From Selaginella moellendorffii (taxonomy: Eukaryota; Plantae; Lycopodiophyta), in contig NW_003314267.1 in the NCBI RefSeq assembly GCF_000143415.4, positions 2,260,932 to 2,324,931 on the forward strand: 64,000 bases of DNA, written 5' to 3'. Within the stretch, counting starts at the first letter, position 1, and each line of letters begins with the position of its first letter. Positions 53,435 to 64,000 of the stretch are shown here, piece by piece. The notes under the pieces are model-generated. The model ran no database searches, was not told where the DNA came from, and saw only the letters and a list, made by a program, of their open reading frames with translations. Both the position numbers and the translations under genes were made by a program.

Positions 53435-55840
53435 ATGTGTTATTTACAGCAGCAGCATTCTAGCAGCATCTCGACGTTGCTAGCCGCACTGAAGCAATCG
53501 ACACAGGCCAGAGATCTTACTGCCGGGAAACTCATTCATGCGCTAGCCATCAACACCGGCCGGGACTCAAACATCTATGTCGCAAACTCGCTCGTCAACA
53601 TGTATGCCAAGTGTGCCTCATTGCTGGAAGCCCAAAGACTTTTTGAGAGGATGGCACAACGCAGCACAGCCTCGTGGAACACCATGCTACTGGCATTTGC
53701 CGACAACGGGCATTTTGATCGGGTTTTTGAGCTCTTCACACTGATGCAGCTCGAGGGCTGTGACGTAAACTCCCGGACTTTGGTGGCATGCCTCAAGGCC
53801 AAGTCGAGCTCGCGCTCTCGGGATTGTTTAGCATGGACAGGAATGGAAATTCACTCGAGAGCTTTGGAGCTGGGCCTGGAGCTCAACTTGTTCGTGGCGG
53901 CGGCATTGGTTGAGATGTATTCTAGATCTGGGAGCATGGACAGCGCATTCAGAGTTTTTGAGAACATCAAAAATCGCTGCGAAGTTGGCTCTTGGAACGT
54001 TTTGATGCTCGGGTATGTCGAGAGTGGTGATGGAGAGTTTGCACTTGAACTTTTTCACTGGATGCTGCAGGTTGCGCGTGTTCCAAACGCACAAACTTTC
54101 ATAGCAGCGCTCAAAGCCTGTGTGAGAGTCTCGGAGCAACAGGAAGATCATCTCGATCGTGGAAGAAAGTTTTTGCTCTTGGAGAAAGTTATGGCTCTTC
54201 ACAGCGAGGCAGTGAAACTGGGACTCGATTCCAACGTTCTCCTGACCAACACCCTCGTGGATTCGTACGGGAAGAGTGGAAGTTTGGAGGATGCCAATAA
54301 AGTTTTTCACGAGGCTCCCTGCGATCAGACTCTGGTGTCTTGGAACGCTTTGATACTGAGCTATGCGGACAATGGGAAAGGAAGAAGAGCTCTCGAGCTC
54401 TTCTCGAGCATGCCGTTCGAGCCGAGCACACGGACTTTCGTCGCAGCAGTGAGAGCTTGCACGACCATCGCGACCGAAAACTCCGACAAAGGCAACATAG
54501 ATTTCACGGCAACATCGAAAGTGTTGGAGCTCGGGATGGCTGTTCACTCTCGGGCTGTGATACTCGGCCTCGACTTGGACGTGTTCGTCGCAACCAGCTT
54601 CATCGACATGTACTCCAAGCTCGGAAGCATGGCAGACTCGCAGCGAGCTTTCGACCGGGCCAGCTCTCGCAGCCCCGTTTCTTGGAACGCGCTCATTCTC
54701 GGCTACGCGGAAAACGGCGATGCGGAGAAGAGTTTTGAGCTCTTCTCGGCGATGCAGCAGGATGGAGAGGTTTCACCCGATGCTCACACTTTAGTTGCCG
54801 TGCTGAAGGCTTGCTCCAAGCTCGCAGCAAAAGAGAAGCCCCGGCAAGTCGATGGAAAGGTGGTGAAGATGGTGAACTTGGAGAGATGCTTGGCGATCCA
54901 CTCTCAAGCTGGGGAGCTTGCTCTTGGCCGATACGTGACGAACACACTGGTGGCCTGCTACGCCAAATGCGGAAGTATGGTCGACGCCGAGCGGGTTTTC
55001 TGGAAGAGAAAGGAGCACATTTCTCAGGTTTCCTGGACAGTGATGATGCTGGGATACGTCGAGAATCACGAAAGTGAGAAAGCATTGCTGCTGTTTGAGA
55101 CGATCAAAGCCTTCGAGGATCTCCAGAGGCAGAGGATAACTTCTCTCCTCCTCGCGGCTCTCAAGGCCTGCTCGAGCTTGGCGGATCTGCGAGCCACCAA
55201 GTCGATCCAAGCTCAAGTTTTTAGACGCGCTACCATCGACGACGACGACGACGATCACGATCACGGCGACGCAGCAAGCAACACCGTCGTGAGCTCTCTC
55301 ATCCACGCCTTTGGAGAGTGTAGCAGCATGATCGACGCCCAGCTCGTCTTTGATTCATTCCAGCCTCCGAAGCTCGACGTCGTCTCCTGGAACTCACTCA
55401 TGGCTGGATTCTCTCGACAGGGAAACTCCAAGATGGTCTTCCAGATCTTCCGCGCTCTTCAGGACGAGCAGCGTTTCCATCCCGACGGTGCCACCTTTCT
55501 CAGCCTTCTCACGGCTTGCAACCACGCCGGTCTCGTCCTCCATTGCAAGAGATACTTCCATGCCATGGAGGAGTTTGGAGTGATCCCAGGGATCGAGCAC
55601 TACCACTGCGTGGTGGATCTTCTCGCGCGAGCAAACGAGATGGAGCAAGCGGTGGCGGTGCTGGAAAGCATGCCTATGAGAGCTACTGTGGTGACTTGGA
55701 GGAGTCTCCTCGCGGCTTGTCTCAAGTGGAAGAATGTGGCGGTCGGAGAGTTTGCGTTTCAATCGCTTATGGAAGCATCGCAAGGAAATGATCCGGCTGG
55801 CTATGCTTTCGTGACAAGCTTGTATAGAAGCTGTTCATAG
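53435..55840 (+). CDS. PLS-class pentatricopeptide repeat protein with E-domain, no DYW; intronless
   Basis: Repeated ANSLVNMYAKC / VSWNALILGY motifs, PGIEHYHCVVDLLARA, VTWRSLLAAC. Confidence 0.93.
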   Translation: MCYLQQQHSSSISTLLAALKQSTQARDLTAGKLIHALAINTGRDSNIYVANSLVNMYAKCASLLEAQRLFERMAQRSTASWNTMLLAFADNGHFDRVFELFTLMQLEGCDVNSRTLVACLKAKSSSRSRDCLAWTGMEIHSRALELGLELNLFVAAALVEMYSRSGSMDSAFRVFENIKNRCEVGSWNVLMLGYVESGDGEFALELFHWMLQVARVPNAQTFIAALKACVRVSEQQEDHLDRGRKFLLLEKVMALHSEAVKLGLDSNVLLTNTLVDSYGKSGSLEDANKVFHEAPCDQTLVSWNALILSYADNGKGRRALELFSSMPFEPSTRTFVAAVRACTTIATENSDKGNIDFTATSKVLELGMAVHSRAVILGLDLDVFVATSFIDMYSKLGSMADSQRAFDRASSRSPVSWNALILGYAENGDAEKSFELFSAMQQDGEVSPDAHTLVAVLKACSKLAAKEKPRQVDGKVVKMVNLERCLAIHSQAGELALGRYVTNTLVACYAKCGSMVDAERVFWKRKEHISQVSWTVMMLGYVENHESEKALLLFETIKAFEDLQRQRITSLLLAALKACSSLADLRATKSIQAQVFRRATIDDDDDDHDHGDAASNTVVSSLIHAFGECSSMIDAQLVFDSFQPPKLDVVSWNSLMAGFSRQGNSKMVFQIFRALQDEQRFHPDGATFLSLLTACNHAGLVLHCKRYFHAMEEFGVIPGIEHYHCVVDLLARANEMEQAVAVLESMPMRATVVTWRSLLAACLKWKNVAVGEFAFQSLMEASQGNDPAGYAFVTSLYRSCS

Positions 55841-56999
55841 CAAAAGAATTTATATCATTCTTATTATTTTGGCTTATTAACCACAGTTCTTCGGATTGCT
55901 TTTTTTGCATTGAGAGTGATACATAAAGTGCCAGGGGGATTAACTTTCCCCAATATCCCTTTTCCAGTCCCCACCAAGTCCCCTTTTGTCCATGGCCGTG
56001 TTCACCAACACTGCCATTGGATCAAGGCCTCCAAACCCGACCACTAAGTCCTTTGGTCCATTGGGGTTACTTCTTCACATGACTGTATCCTTGGTCTTTA
56101 CATTAGAGGATGGCTTGTCCTCCTTTTCACAGTCTGGGATTTTGGGGCAACATTTCGGAACACCATGGTTTTACGCGAGCCTCATGGGTACGAGAATGGG
56201 TTCTTGCTGGGTGATTCTTTGCTGGCTAGGTTTCTTGAAGATTCTGGTATGGTAACTGGTTTTCTTGGTTTTTTTTTTAGTTTTTATTTAAAACAATAAA
56301 TTAAAATTTTCGTATTCATAAAAAATACTGAAATGATATTCTAATGTGTTTGGATATTCTACTCTAAATACCAAGAATATTCCTCCCTTTTTATAAAATA
56401 ACTATTGAGCGTGACTGATTTATTACTATGATTATATGACACTAGTTTTTCAATAGTAATATTAACATTATACATCCCTTCCCAAAGCTCGTTAATGATG
56501 CAAACATAAGAAGATAATTGCTGACCATTGGCCAAATGCCCACTATTAACGTACAGTGACCAGTGAATCACACAAGAGTTTAAAACACATATCAAATGTT
56601 AAGAATGCCCCTTTTGAGCACATCCGAGAGTGCCTTCACCTCCCATCACAACACTCCTAAACCAGGAGGTGGCAACCTGTGGTTTAGCAAACAATTCCTA
56701 CCCATTAAAACGAATGATAATAAAATCTGGATCATTATAAAAGCAACAAAGCTGATTTACTTAACAGCAAACCAAAAGAGATTATAAATAAGCTTATAGC
56801 GACGCGCGACCTGTAAAACGCTCAATTCTACCCTCTAGAGCAAACACAAATCAAAAGCGAAACGGCAATCAGAACCGAGCTAAGATAGGAAATTTGAAGT
56901 GACAAACTGAGCTAACGAAGGAATGGATCGCCCAAGACACTCCCCAGGCAACGTTGAGGCTACCGGAAGAAGCCAAGCGTGCTCGACACCTTTTTCTTC

Positions 57000-57384
57000 G
57001 GCCTGCTTCTAGCAACAAAGAAACTGAAGGGAAAATGCTAGAGAAGGAAGACCATCTTTAATCTTCCATAAAGAGTTTTCAAAATGTGGTCCAGTCCGCA
57101 GTTGAAGGCCTCATGAATTCTGATTTTCGCTCCAGCAAAAGTCTGTCAAAGTGTTTATAAGATGGAGTGTTCACCCCCATGTCTCGTGGGGCGTTGTGAA
57201 ATGCTATAAACCTTTGGTCTGTTGCCTATATGCTTCAACGAGTCTAAGAATGTCCCCTCATCCCCTGGACTTGCTGCAAATGCAAATGCCGCAAGTGTTC
57301 CAGATGGGGATGCAGGCCGCCGAATGTTTGGCAACATCGACTGGAGAACTTTGGGAGCCACCACACCTGTGAAAGATCGCAAAG
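57000..57384 (+). pseudogene. Papain-like cysteine protease N-terminal fragment
   Basis: NIDWRTLGATTPVKD followed by a GTAAGT donor; upstream prodomain-like remnants with stops; start coordinate approximate. Confidence 0.7.
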
Positions 57385-57490
57385 TAAGTCTTGGACCTCA
57401 ACTTCAATCTTGTTTTCTCACCTTATCTTTATGAATCTGGTAGCTGGGCTTTAGCACGCAAAGTTTGAAATCAACGAAATAAATCTGAAG

Positions 57491-57727
57491 CTAAATCCTC
57501 CTGGAGCACGGAACTGGGGCTGATGGCGGTGGTCGAGGAGAGGGTGGTGGCGGAGATGGCAGTCGCGGTAATGGAGATGGTGGTACCTTTTCTTTGACAG
57601 GAAAGTAGACGAAGCCATTCAATCCACATCGACCCAGTGGGAGGTCATGGTTTCCATGCTGCAGCCTCATGTAGCCTTGCTCTCCCCAGCTTGTCTCCGC
57701 CGAGTTTTTGATAGTCCAATAGTCCAT
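57491..57727 (-). pseudogene. Papain-like (RD21-type) cysteine protease C-terminal fragment, inverted
   Basis: DYWTIKNSAETSWGEQGYMRL..GRCGL..FPVK plus Pro-rich linker. Confidence 0.78.
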
Positions 57728-58501
57728 GGCCCTCCCAGGTCCAGGCCCATGGTTTATACATCGATTTTGAAGATTTTATTTCGTTCTCTTGTTATGTGAG
57801 TATTATGCATGGTAAACACTAAAAAAAAATGGAGATGGGGGGTATCGATCCTCTTACCTAATCGTCGTACCTACATCCCCTTGCTTTGACAAATAATATT
57901 AGATTAGTGTAATCAAGGATAGTAGGAAACTTTTCTACGGCTGGTGGAACAAATGTATTGCTTCTGGACTTTAAACATGTCCATATTTTGATTTCGGTAT
58001 GGTCACTGGTAAGTATTGAGCCTTCCCTTCCACATTCTGGTCCCATGACTAAATTCCCAAACAGTTTAAAAGAAATGGATTATGATAACGATTCGAATTG
58101 TATGGTTCACCTTGAGCCAAAAAGTCTCATTCTTTTAGCACTTGATCATTTAGTCTTGGTGCTCTAGTTGCAAAGAGGAAGTTCCATCAACTCCGGCTCC
58201 TAGGGTTGATTTTGTGTTTGCTGCTGGTGTGAAATTGGAATTGGAGGCAGTTGTATACATCATTTACCAATACCACCATGACTCAATTCTACATCTCCTC
58301 CCAGCTAGAAAGAATCCATCCTTTAGTCTTCTGCTTGCTGAGTGACCTTTAGAGTATGTTTATTTCATTAAAAACATTTTGTTAAAAAAAGAAAGGTTAA
58401 GATTATAAACATTCAAATGATACTTATAACATGTGTAAAAATATATTAACTGATAAACACGTCAAAATAACCAATAAAAACATTATTTTAGAGTCGTCTA
58501 C

Positions 58502-60990
58502 TTATCGTCCATTTGTCAGAGAACCAACGGTGTCTTCTGAGTAGTCCATAGAAGGATCTAAACCTATGGAGAAAGAAGAATTTGGAGATGATGGCTCAGG
58601 AAATTGTACAGTATCCTCCATCATTTGCACCACTTTCCCCATTGATGGCCTTGCATGTGCATCGTGCTGAATGCACCACAATGCAACTTTAAGCAGCCTC
58701 TTGAATTGCACGAAATCCACTTCCTCCCCAACAAGCTTCTTGTCAACAATGCTTTCCATATCTCCAGCCTGATACATGTTGTAAGCCCAGTCCGAGAGAC
58801 ACCATCGGCTGTTTTCTGAGTTTATGGCAGATATCGTCATGATGTACTTCTCTCTGCCACTTATAATCTCGAGCAAAACCATTCCAAAACTGTAGACATC
58901 CACTTTGGTTGTGATTGGAAGGTTGCTGATCCACTCAGGCGCAAGGTATCCTCTGGTTCCACGAACAGTTGTGACACTCAATGCCCTCTCCCGTTTCATT
59001 AGCTTGGCCAAACCAAAATCCGCTACCTTTGGACAGAAGCTCTCGTCAAGCAGGATGTTTTGAGGCTTGATATCACAGTGGAGAATGCATTCCTGACATT
59101 CATCATGAAGGTATGTTATCCCTCTTGCAATCCCCAAAGCAATGCTGAATCGGCTGGCCCAGCTGCAAAAGTGCTTTGCATCATCCAAAAAAAGTAACTT
59201 CTCTAGTGAACCATTAGGCATGTACTCATAAACCAGGAGCTTTCGATTGTCCTCATAGCAATACCCCAACAGCCGGACGAGGTTGATGTGGTGAATCTTG
59301 CCGAGGGTCTCCACTTCAGTTTGGAATTGTTTATCAGCTTGCATGGCCATTTGCAGTTCCTTGACTGCAACAAGGGTGCCATTTAGAAGCCGCCCCTTGT
59401 AGACCGTCCCAAATCCTCCCGATCCAAGCTTGTCACAGAAGTTGTCTGTGAAAGTTTGCAGCTGCTGATACGTGAACCTTGCAGGCCCACTGCTGAAATC
59501 GAGATCCATCATGTTGTTACGTGCTCTAGCGCTTATGGTCCAGCAGAGCCCCACAACCAAGAGGAACACCACCAACACAAGTGTTGTAATGAATAGAGCA
59601 ACTCGAGGAGCGTCTCTGAAAAATGGCCGATGGATCACCAGCCACTGGAAACCAGGAACGACAGTGGCATTTGCATTTGTCACGTATATGTTTGCATCTG
59701 GACTTTGTCCTGGATCTTTGGCAGAAAGCTTCAAGAAGAAAACGTTGTCCACGTCCAGGGACTGCTTGCCATTGAATAAACCCGAGGGATCTAAACCCTT
59801 GAGCCAGCATATTCCAGCGCCAGCCATTTGGAAAGCAGCTCCGAGACACTCGCACTCCCTAAGGCATCTTTGGATACAATCCTCCTGGGATGACGGAGTT
59901 GGCAGCGGGTCACTATTGTAGTCATTGTATTTGAAGTCCGTGCGTACAAGTTGGATCAGTTTGAAGTTTCTTGGATCTGTTGAGTTTTGGCCTGTGGGAC
60001 ACTTGGCCAATGGAGTGTTGTAAGCACAATCCTGTGATGAATCGGACGCATTTGTGGGGTGAAATCCCAGAGGACAGGTGCAAGTTGCAGTCGGCCGGTA
60101 CGTGCAAATCCCGAATCGCCCACATTTCCCAAAGATGTTGCACTCGAGAAGAACAGCTTGCCAAGTTATGATCCATCTTTTGTTAATCTCATCAAGAGTG
60201 TAGATTCTCAAGTTGCCATCATCGTCCACGGTCAGCCTCCGGGTTAGACCAACTTTAGGATAATCAAGCGCATACCTCTGTGCTGTGTCATATACTTTGA
60301 CAGGGTTTTTCCAGGAGCTGCCGCTCCCATCAAAGAAACTAGTGCTGAAGTTGAGACGAGGACTGACTACAGAATTGGCAGAATTGGATTGATTTTCATT
60401 CTCAATCCTCCAGTATGGTTCAAGCCAATATCCCTGGTAATAGAATGCAACTTTACTCCCATCCATCTGAAGGAAATATTTTCGGTTATTGGAGACAAGC
60501 TGGGTGATTCCAATGAGCTGCTGATCAGGAAGAATGGTGTCCGTGGGGCGGTCAAATGACTGCCAAGCAGGCACTCCGTTGCTTGCTAGCAGCTCTAAGT
60601 TGCCATTCTCCTGAAGTAAAGCTTTTGTAACTGAGAGAGTTGTTGTAGAAGTTCCCCAGACAATTCCAGCAGCGTTGGAAGTGAGAATCAGCCGACCATC
60701 GGTCTGGAAAGCGAGCTGGTCGCCTTTGATAAGCCCGATTGGAGAACCTCCAGTGTCATTGGACATTGCGCTCCAGATGACTGTGTTGGGCATTTTGGTG
60801 TACCATATTGAGAAACTATAGAGGGAACGAGATGCCTAAAGCCTGCACAAAAGGTGGCCTTGAGAGATGTAATCCATGGTTGGAGGTCTTCGCCTCTCAC
60901 AATTGTGGTTGTTCCAGGACTTCCACCATCAGCTGCCACGAGAGTTAAAATGAAAGAACACAACATGAGAATCCTAAAATAGAGAAACAT
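58502..60990 (-). CDS. G-type lectin S-domain (SD2-like) receptor kinase with a frameshift near 60837 (pseudogene or sequencing error)
   Basis: B-lectin, EGF (CNIFGKCGRFGIC), PAN, TM, kinase GSGGFGTVYKG/HCDIKPQN/DFG. Signal peptide lies in a different frame (ORF 60688-60999). Confidence 0.88.
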
Positions 60991-61840
60991 CAAGAGCAAT
61001 TGCTATTTACTAAATGAACTGGGAGACACCAAAGTGAAATGCCTGCATTGTTTTTATAGCTGAAAGTTTTCTTCCCTGAAAGCTAAAAGTCATTCATTAG
61101 CTGGTCTCACCCGGATTATTTTGAGTCAGTCGTAGCCACTTGTGTATCCAGAAGTCTTTCAGGGAAAGACTTGAAAAGTCGTAGTCTAGCATTAATGTTT
61201 GTAAAAGGACCCAGCATACATTAGTTTAGTCTAAAGCATCCTTTTATATTTAAAAGAGTAAGGGTGAGATTTTTTTCCTTTGTGTATGAAAGACACGTAA
61301 AAAATGGTTACAATGGTTAACAAAAAATAGTTAAGGAAGCGAGTGCATTGGTGCCCATTGGGAATTTGCTCTTTTGCTGGAAGCATTTATGGATTCTATG
61401 TTAGAGATTGCTAGGTCTCATTGTTTTACCATCTTAATATATGAATTATTGCTCACTAGAATCAGTTTTATCATGTGCAATTGACTTGTAAGGTTAGACT
61501 CTTCTATTTTTATTATTTTTCTCAAATAAGCATAGATGGCACAAGAAAGCAGTGATGGCAAATGGTGGGTGCAAGGGCTCTTAGAAGGTGAGTATACAGG
61601 TTTGAGCATCAAGGAGAGGTTATGTGGATTGGATGTTGTCAGATGAAACATTCACACATGTGAGAACTTGTTCCTTCTTTTTGTCTATTCTCACAATCTT
61701 TCCATTCCAGGAGCTAAGTATTACCTTCTCAAGCTGAGGATAAGACTGATAATTATGTGAAGATTAACCTGTGGGAATGCAAACCTCAAGTGGTAAGAAA
61801 TTCATTCCGTGCTATTGTAGCTCTTAATGTTAATCTGCAG

Positions 61841-62130
61841 AACTGACATTTTCCAATGTTTGAGGAATACAATCACTTGCAATGTGAAAAGGAAGAAGAG
61901 AAGCGACGGATGTGGGTAAGCATTTGCTTTCCTATAGTTACACCTATGCGAAAAAAATCGTTTTCTGGCTGGCAAGATCACAAGCGCATCCAGGAGCAAC
62001 TAATCACTAAGCAAGAAGCTACATCCAAGTCCTATCAAGCCTAACAACAAAAAGACTGCGGGTCTAGGCACAAGGCAAACAGTGCCGCCAGCGGCAACAT
62101 ACCGGCCAACGGCCGTCTATCCATGGGAGG
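61841..62130 (+). pseudogene. MAP65 microtubule-associated protein C-terminal fragment
   Basis: MFEEYNHLQCEKEEEKRRM | DHKRIQEQLITKQEA..NGRLSMGG, with an intron-like break and an internal stop. Confidence 0.65.
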
Positions 62131-63009
62131 AGGAGAAAGAGCCGGACATGCAACACCAGCTCCAAAGCTCGAGGATAACAACACAGGGGGTCTGTCAGTG
62201 AGATCGCTTCTGCCACCCCCGATTATTGCCTACAGGTGCCTATCTTCTGAGCTTCCAGCCGACCAGAAGCCATTGACGCCATGTGTCACAGCAGCAGGCT
62301 TCCACGAGAATCATCAACTCCGCAGACAGCTTTGCCAGTCCAGTGAAGTCGACTTCTTTATCTCTAGATGTCAAGCACAACAACACTAGCATCGTGAATA
62401 ACAGTGCAAATAGTTACACTAGCAAGATAATAGCAGCACCACTTTATACAAAAACTGCGAGCTGCAAAAGAGGAGGTCACTCCAGTCGCCTATAAGCAGG
62501 CCGATCAAGGGAAGTTTTCCTTTTAAGTATTGTCAGTGCCTCTAGGTCTTTCATATGCATGGAAATTGGTGTGCTCTACACTCTTCCCTCGCAACAGTGA
62601 CCCATAGAGATCTATACTTCCAAGAGCCTCTGTCAGCTTCCACTTGTTGCTAGACTTCAGTGCTAGCATACAATCCAGTCCTGTAGCCTGGTAGTGTAAT
62701 GTTACTGGTACTCTGTTGTATACATTGGAACCACATTCTAACTCTTATATATAATAACAGTAAATAGTATATATTAAGATAGTACTGATTTCATACATTT
62801 ACACAATACGATAAAATGAATTTTAATATTTATGCAAGAACCACGGCCTGCAGGTTCTGTAATATATGTGAGTGCACACCTTGGGGAAGAGTTTCAGGAG
62901 CTACATATTCATAGGTATTGGGCTCTTCTACACACATAGATGGAGACCCTCCAAGTCCAAGTCATACTGCAGCCTTTGGAGGTCTGAGATTGCTCTCTCT
63001 GCTCTACAG

Positions 63010-63570
63010 GTGACAAGCCAATTGCTGAGAAGCCTGCTGGACTTCATGCGTCACGTCGCGAGCTTCGGGCTGGGACTCGTGAGATTAGACATTTGCCAGG
63101 AGTCCGAGAGGCATACAGATGTTATGGACGCCATCATAAATCATCTCGGCCTGGGTAACTACAGAAGCTAGCGAGCAACGAAGAGGCAAGAATGGCTGCT
63201 GCTCACAGAGCTCCGCAGCAAGAGATCACTCTTTGGTGCTGATCTTCATATGACTGAAAAGGTCCAGGATGTGCTAGGCACATTCTACGTTATATCCGAG
63301 TTGCCACCCGACTGCTTTGGAGCCTACGTTATCTCCATGACTACAGCTTCGTCCAATGTTTTCACAGTTGAGCTTTTGCAACAAGAGTGCCGGGTGAGCA
63401 AGCCACTGCAGGTGTTGAGAAGCTCGCGGATTTAGAAGAAGCTCTAGCAGCCATGGATCGCCTCTTTTTTATCAACTGGTATCGTAGTCACAGCAATGGG
63501 AAGCAGGGGTTACTCCAACTCTGGGAAAGATACAGGGAGATTATGTGCTGCTTGGCAACAGTTCCAGACG
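63010..63570 (+). pseudogene. PPC: Phosphoenolpyruvate carboxylase internal fragment
   Basis: [57 protein letters not shown]; premature stop and frameshifts. Confidence 0.9.
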
Positions 63571-64000
63571 CAGGGGAAAAAAAAGAGAGAAGTTTTATCA
63601 AGGCCTTTCCGATGTAATTGCCTTGGATGATTGGATGTGCCATCTTGCAAATCATGGATTGTTTTCTTCTCCTCAATCGCTTCTTCCCACAGGTGGACAA
63701 GCTTATGGCGGCCGAGGGTAAAATGAGAACAAGCAATGTGTACTTACCCAGATTCTTGAGTGTAGTTAAGGTTACAGGGTGATGCTGCTGGCTACGATCT
63801 TGTAGTGGTGGATGCCATGCACAAAGAAAAATTTGCAAGTTCTCATGCAAGGCAAATTGCGGGGCAGAGGAGAATCAGTTCGATGGGGTTTGCTAGGGTG
63901 ACTGCTGTCAATGGCCAATACATCATTGGAGATGCTTTATGACCAATACAGAATTAATTTTCAATTATAATCCTGTGCAGGGAAGGAGGCGAAGTTTGCT

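Overview
Gene-dense eukaryotic (land plant) genomic DNA. Very short introns (about 45-90 nt), tiny intergenic spaces and the style of PPR gene suggest the lycophyte Selaginella; this is inference, not verified. The window contains about 18 intact genes: trihelix TF, giant WOX13-type homeobox gene, GH47 mannosidase, CPL4, V-ATPase A, NDL, SH2/STAT-like, ORC4, GEN1, class III peroxidase, GT47, a Crinkler-like NTPase/nuclease, SUA-like, polyamine oxidase, ERD2, IF1-like, an orphan 4-exon gene, FtsH7/9 and a PLS-PPR. It also has a frameshifted G-type lectin receptor kinase, several pseudogene fragments (RH57, CHAT, papain, MAP65, PEPC) and two small LTR elements, one a 5S-carrying Cassandra TRIM tandem array. 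Top finding: three exons splice in frame to an 843-aa WOX homeodomain protein (His at homeodomain position 50) fused to a C-terminal CACTA/En-Spm TNP1-like (Transposase_24-like) domain, a candidate transcription factor-transposon domestication. Also notable are a Crinkler-type Ubl+NTPase+REase gene and an intact orphan gene inside a degenerate island. Gene models were spliced by eye and family calls come from remembered motifs; no searches were run.
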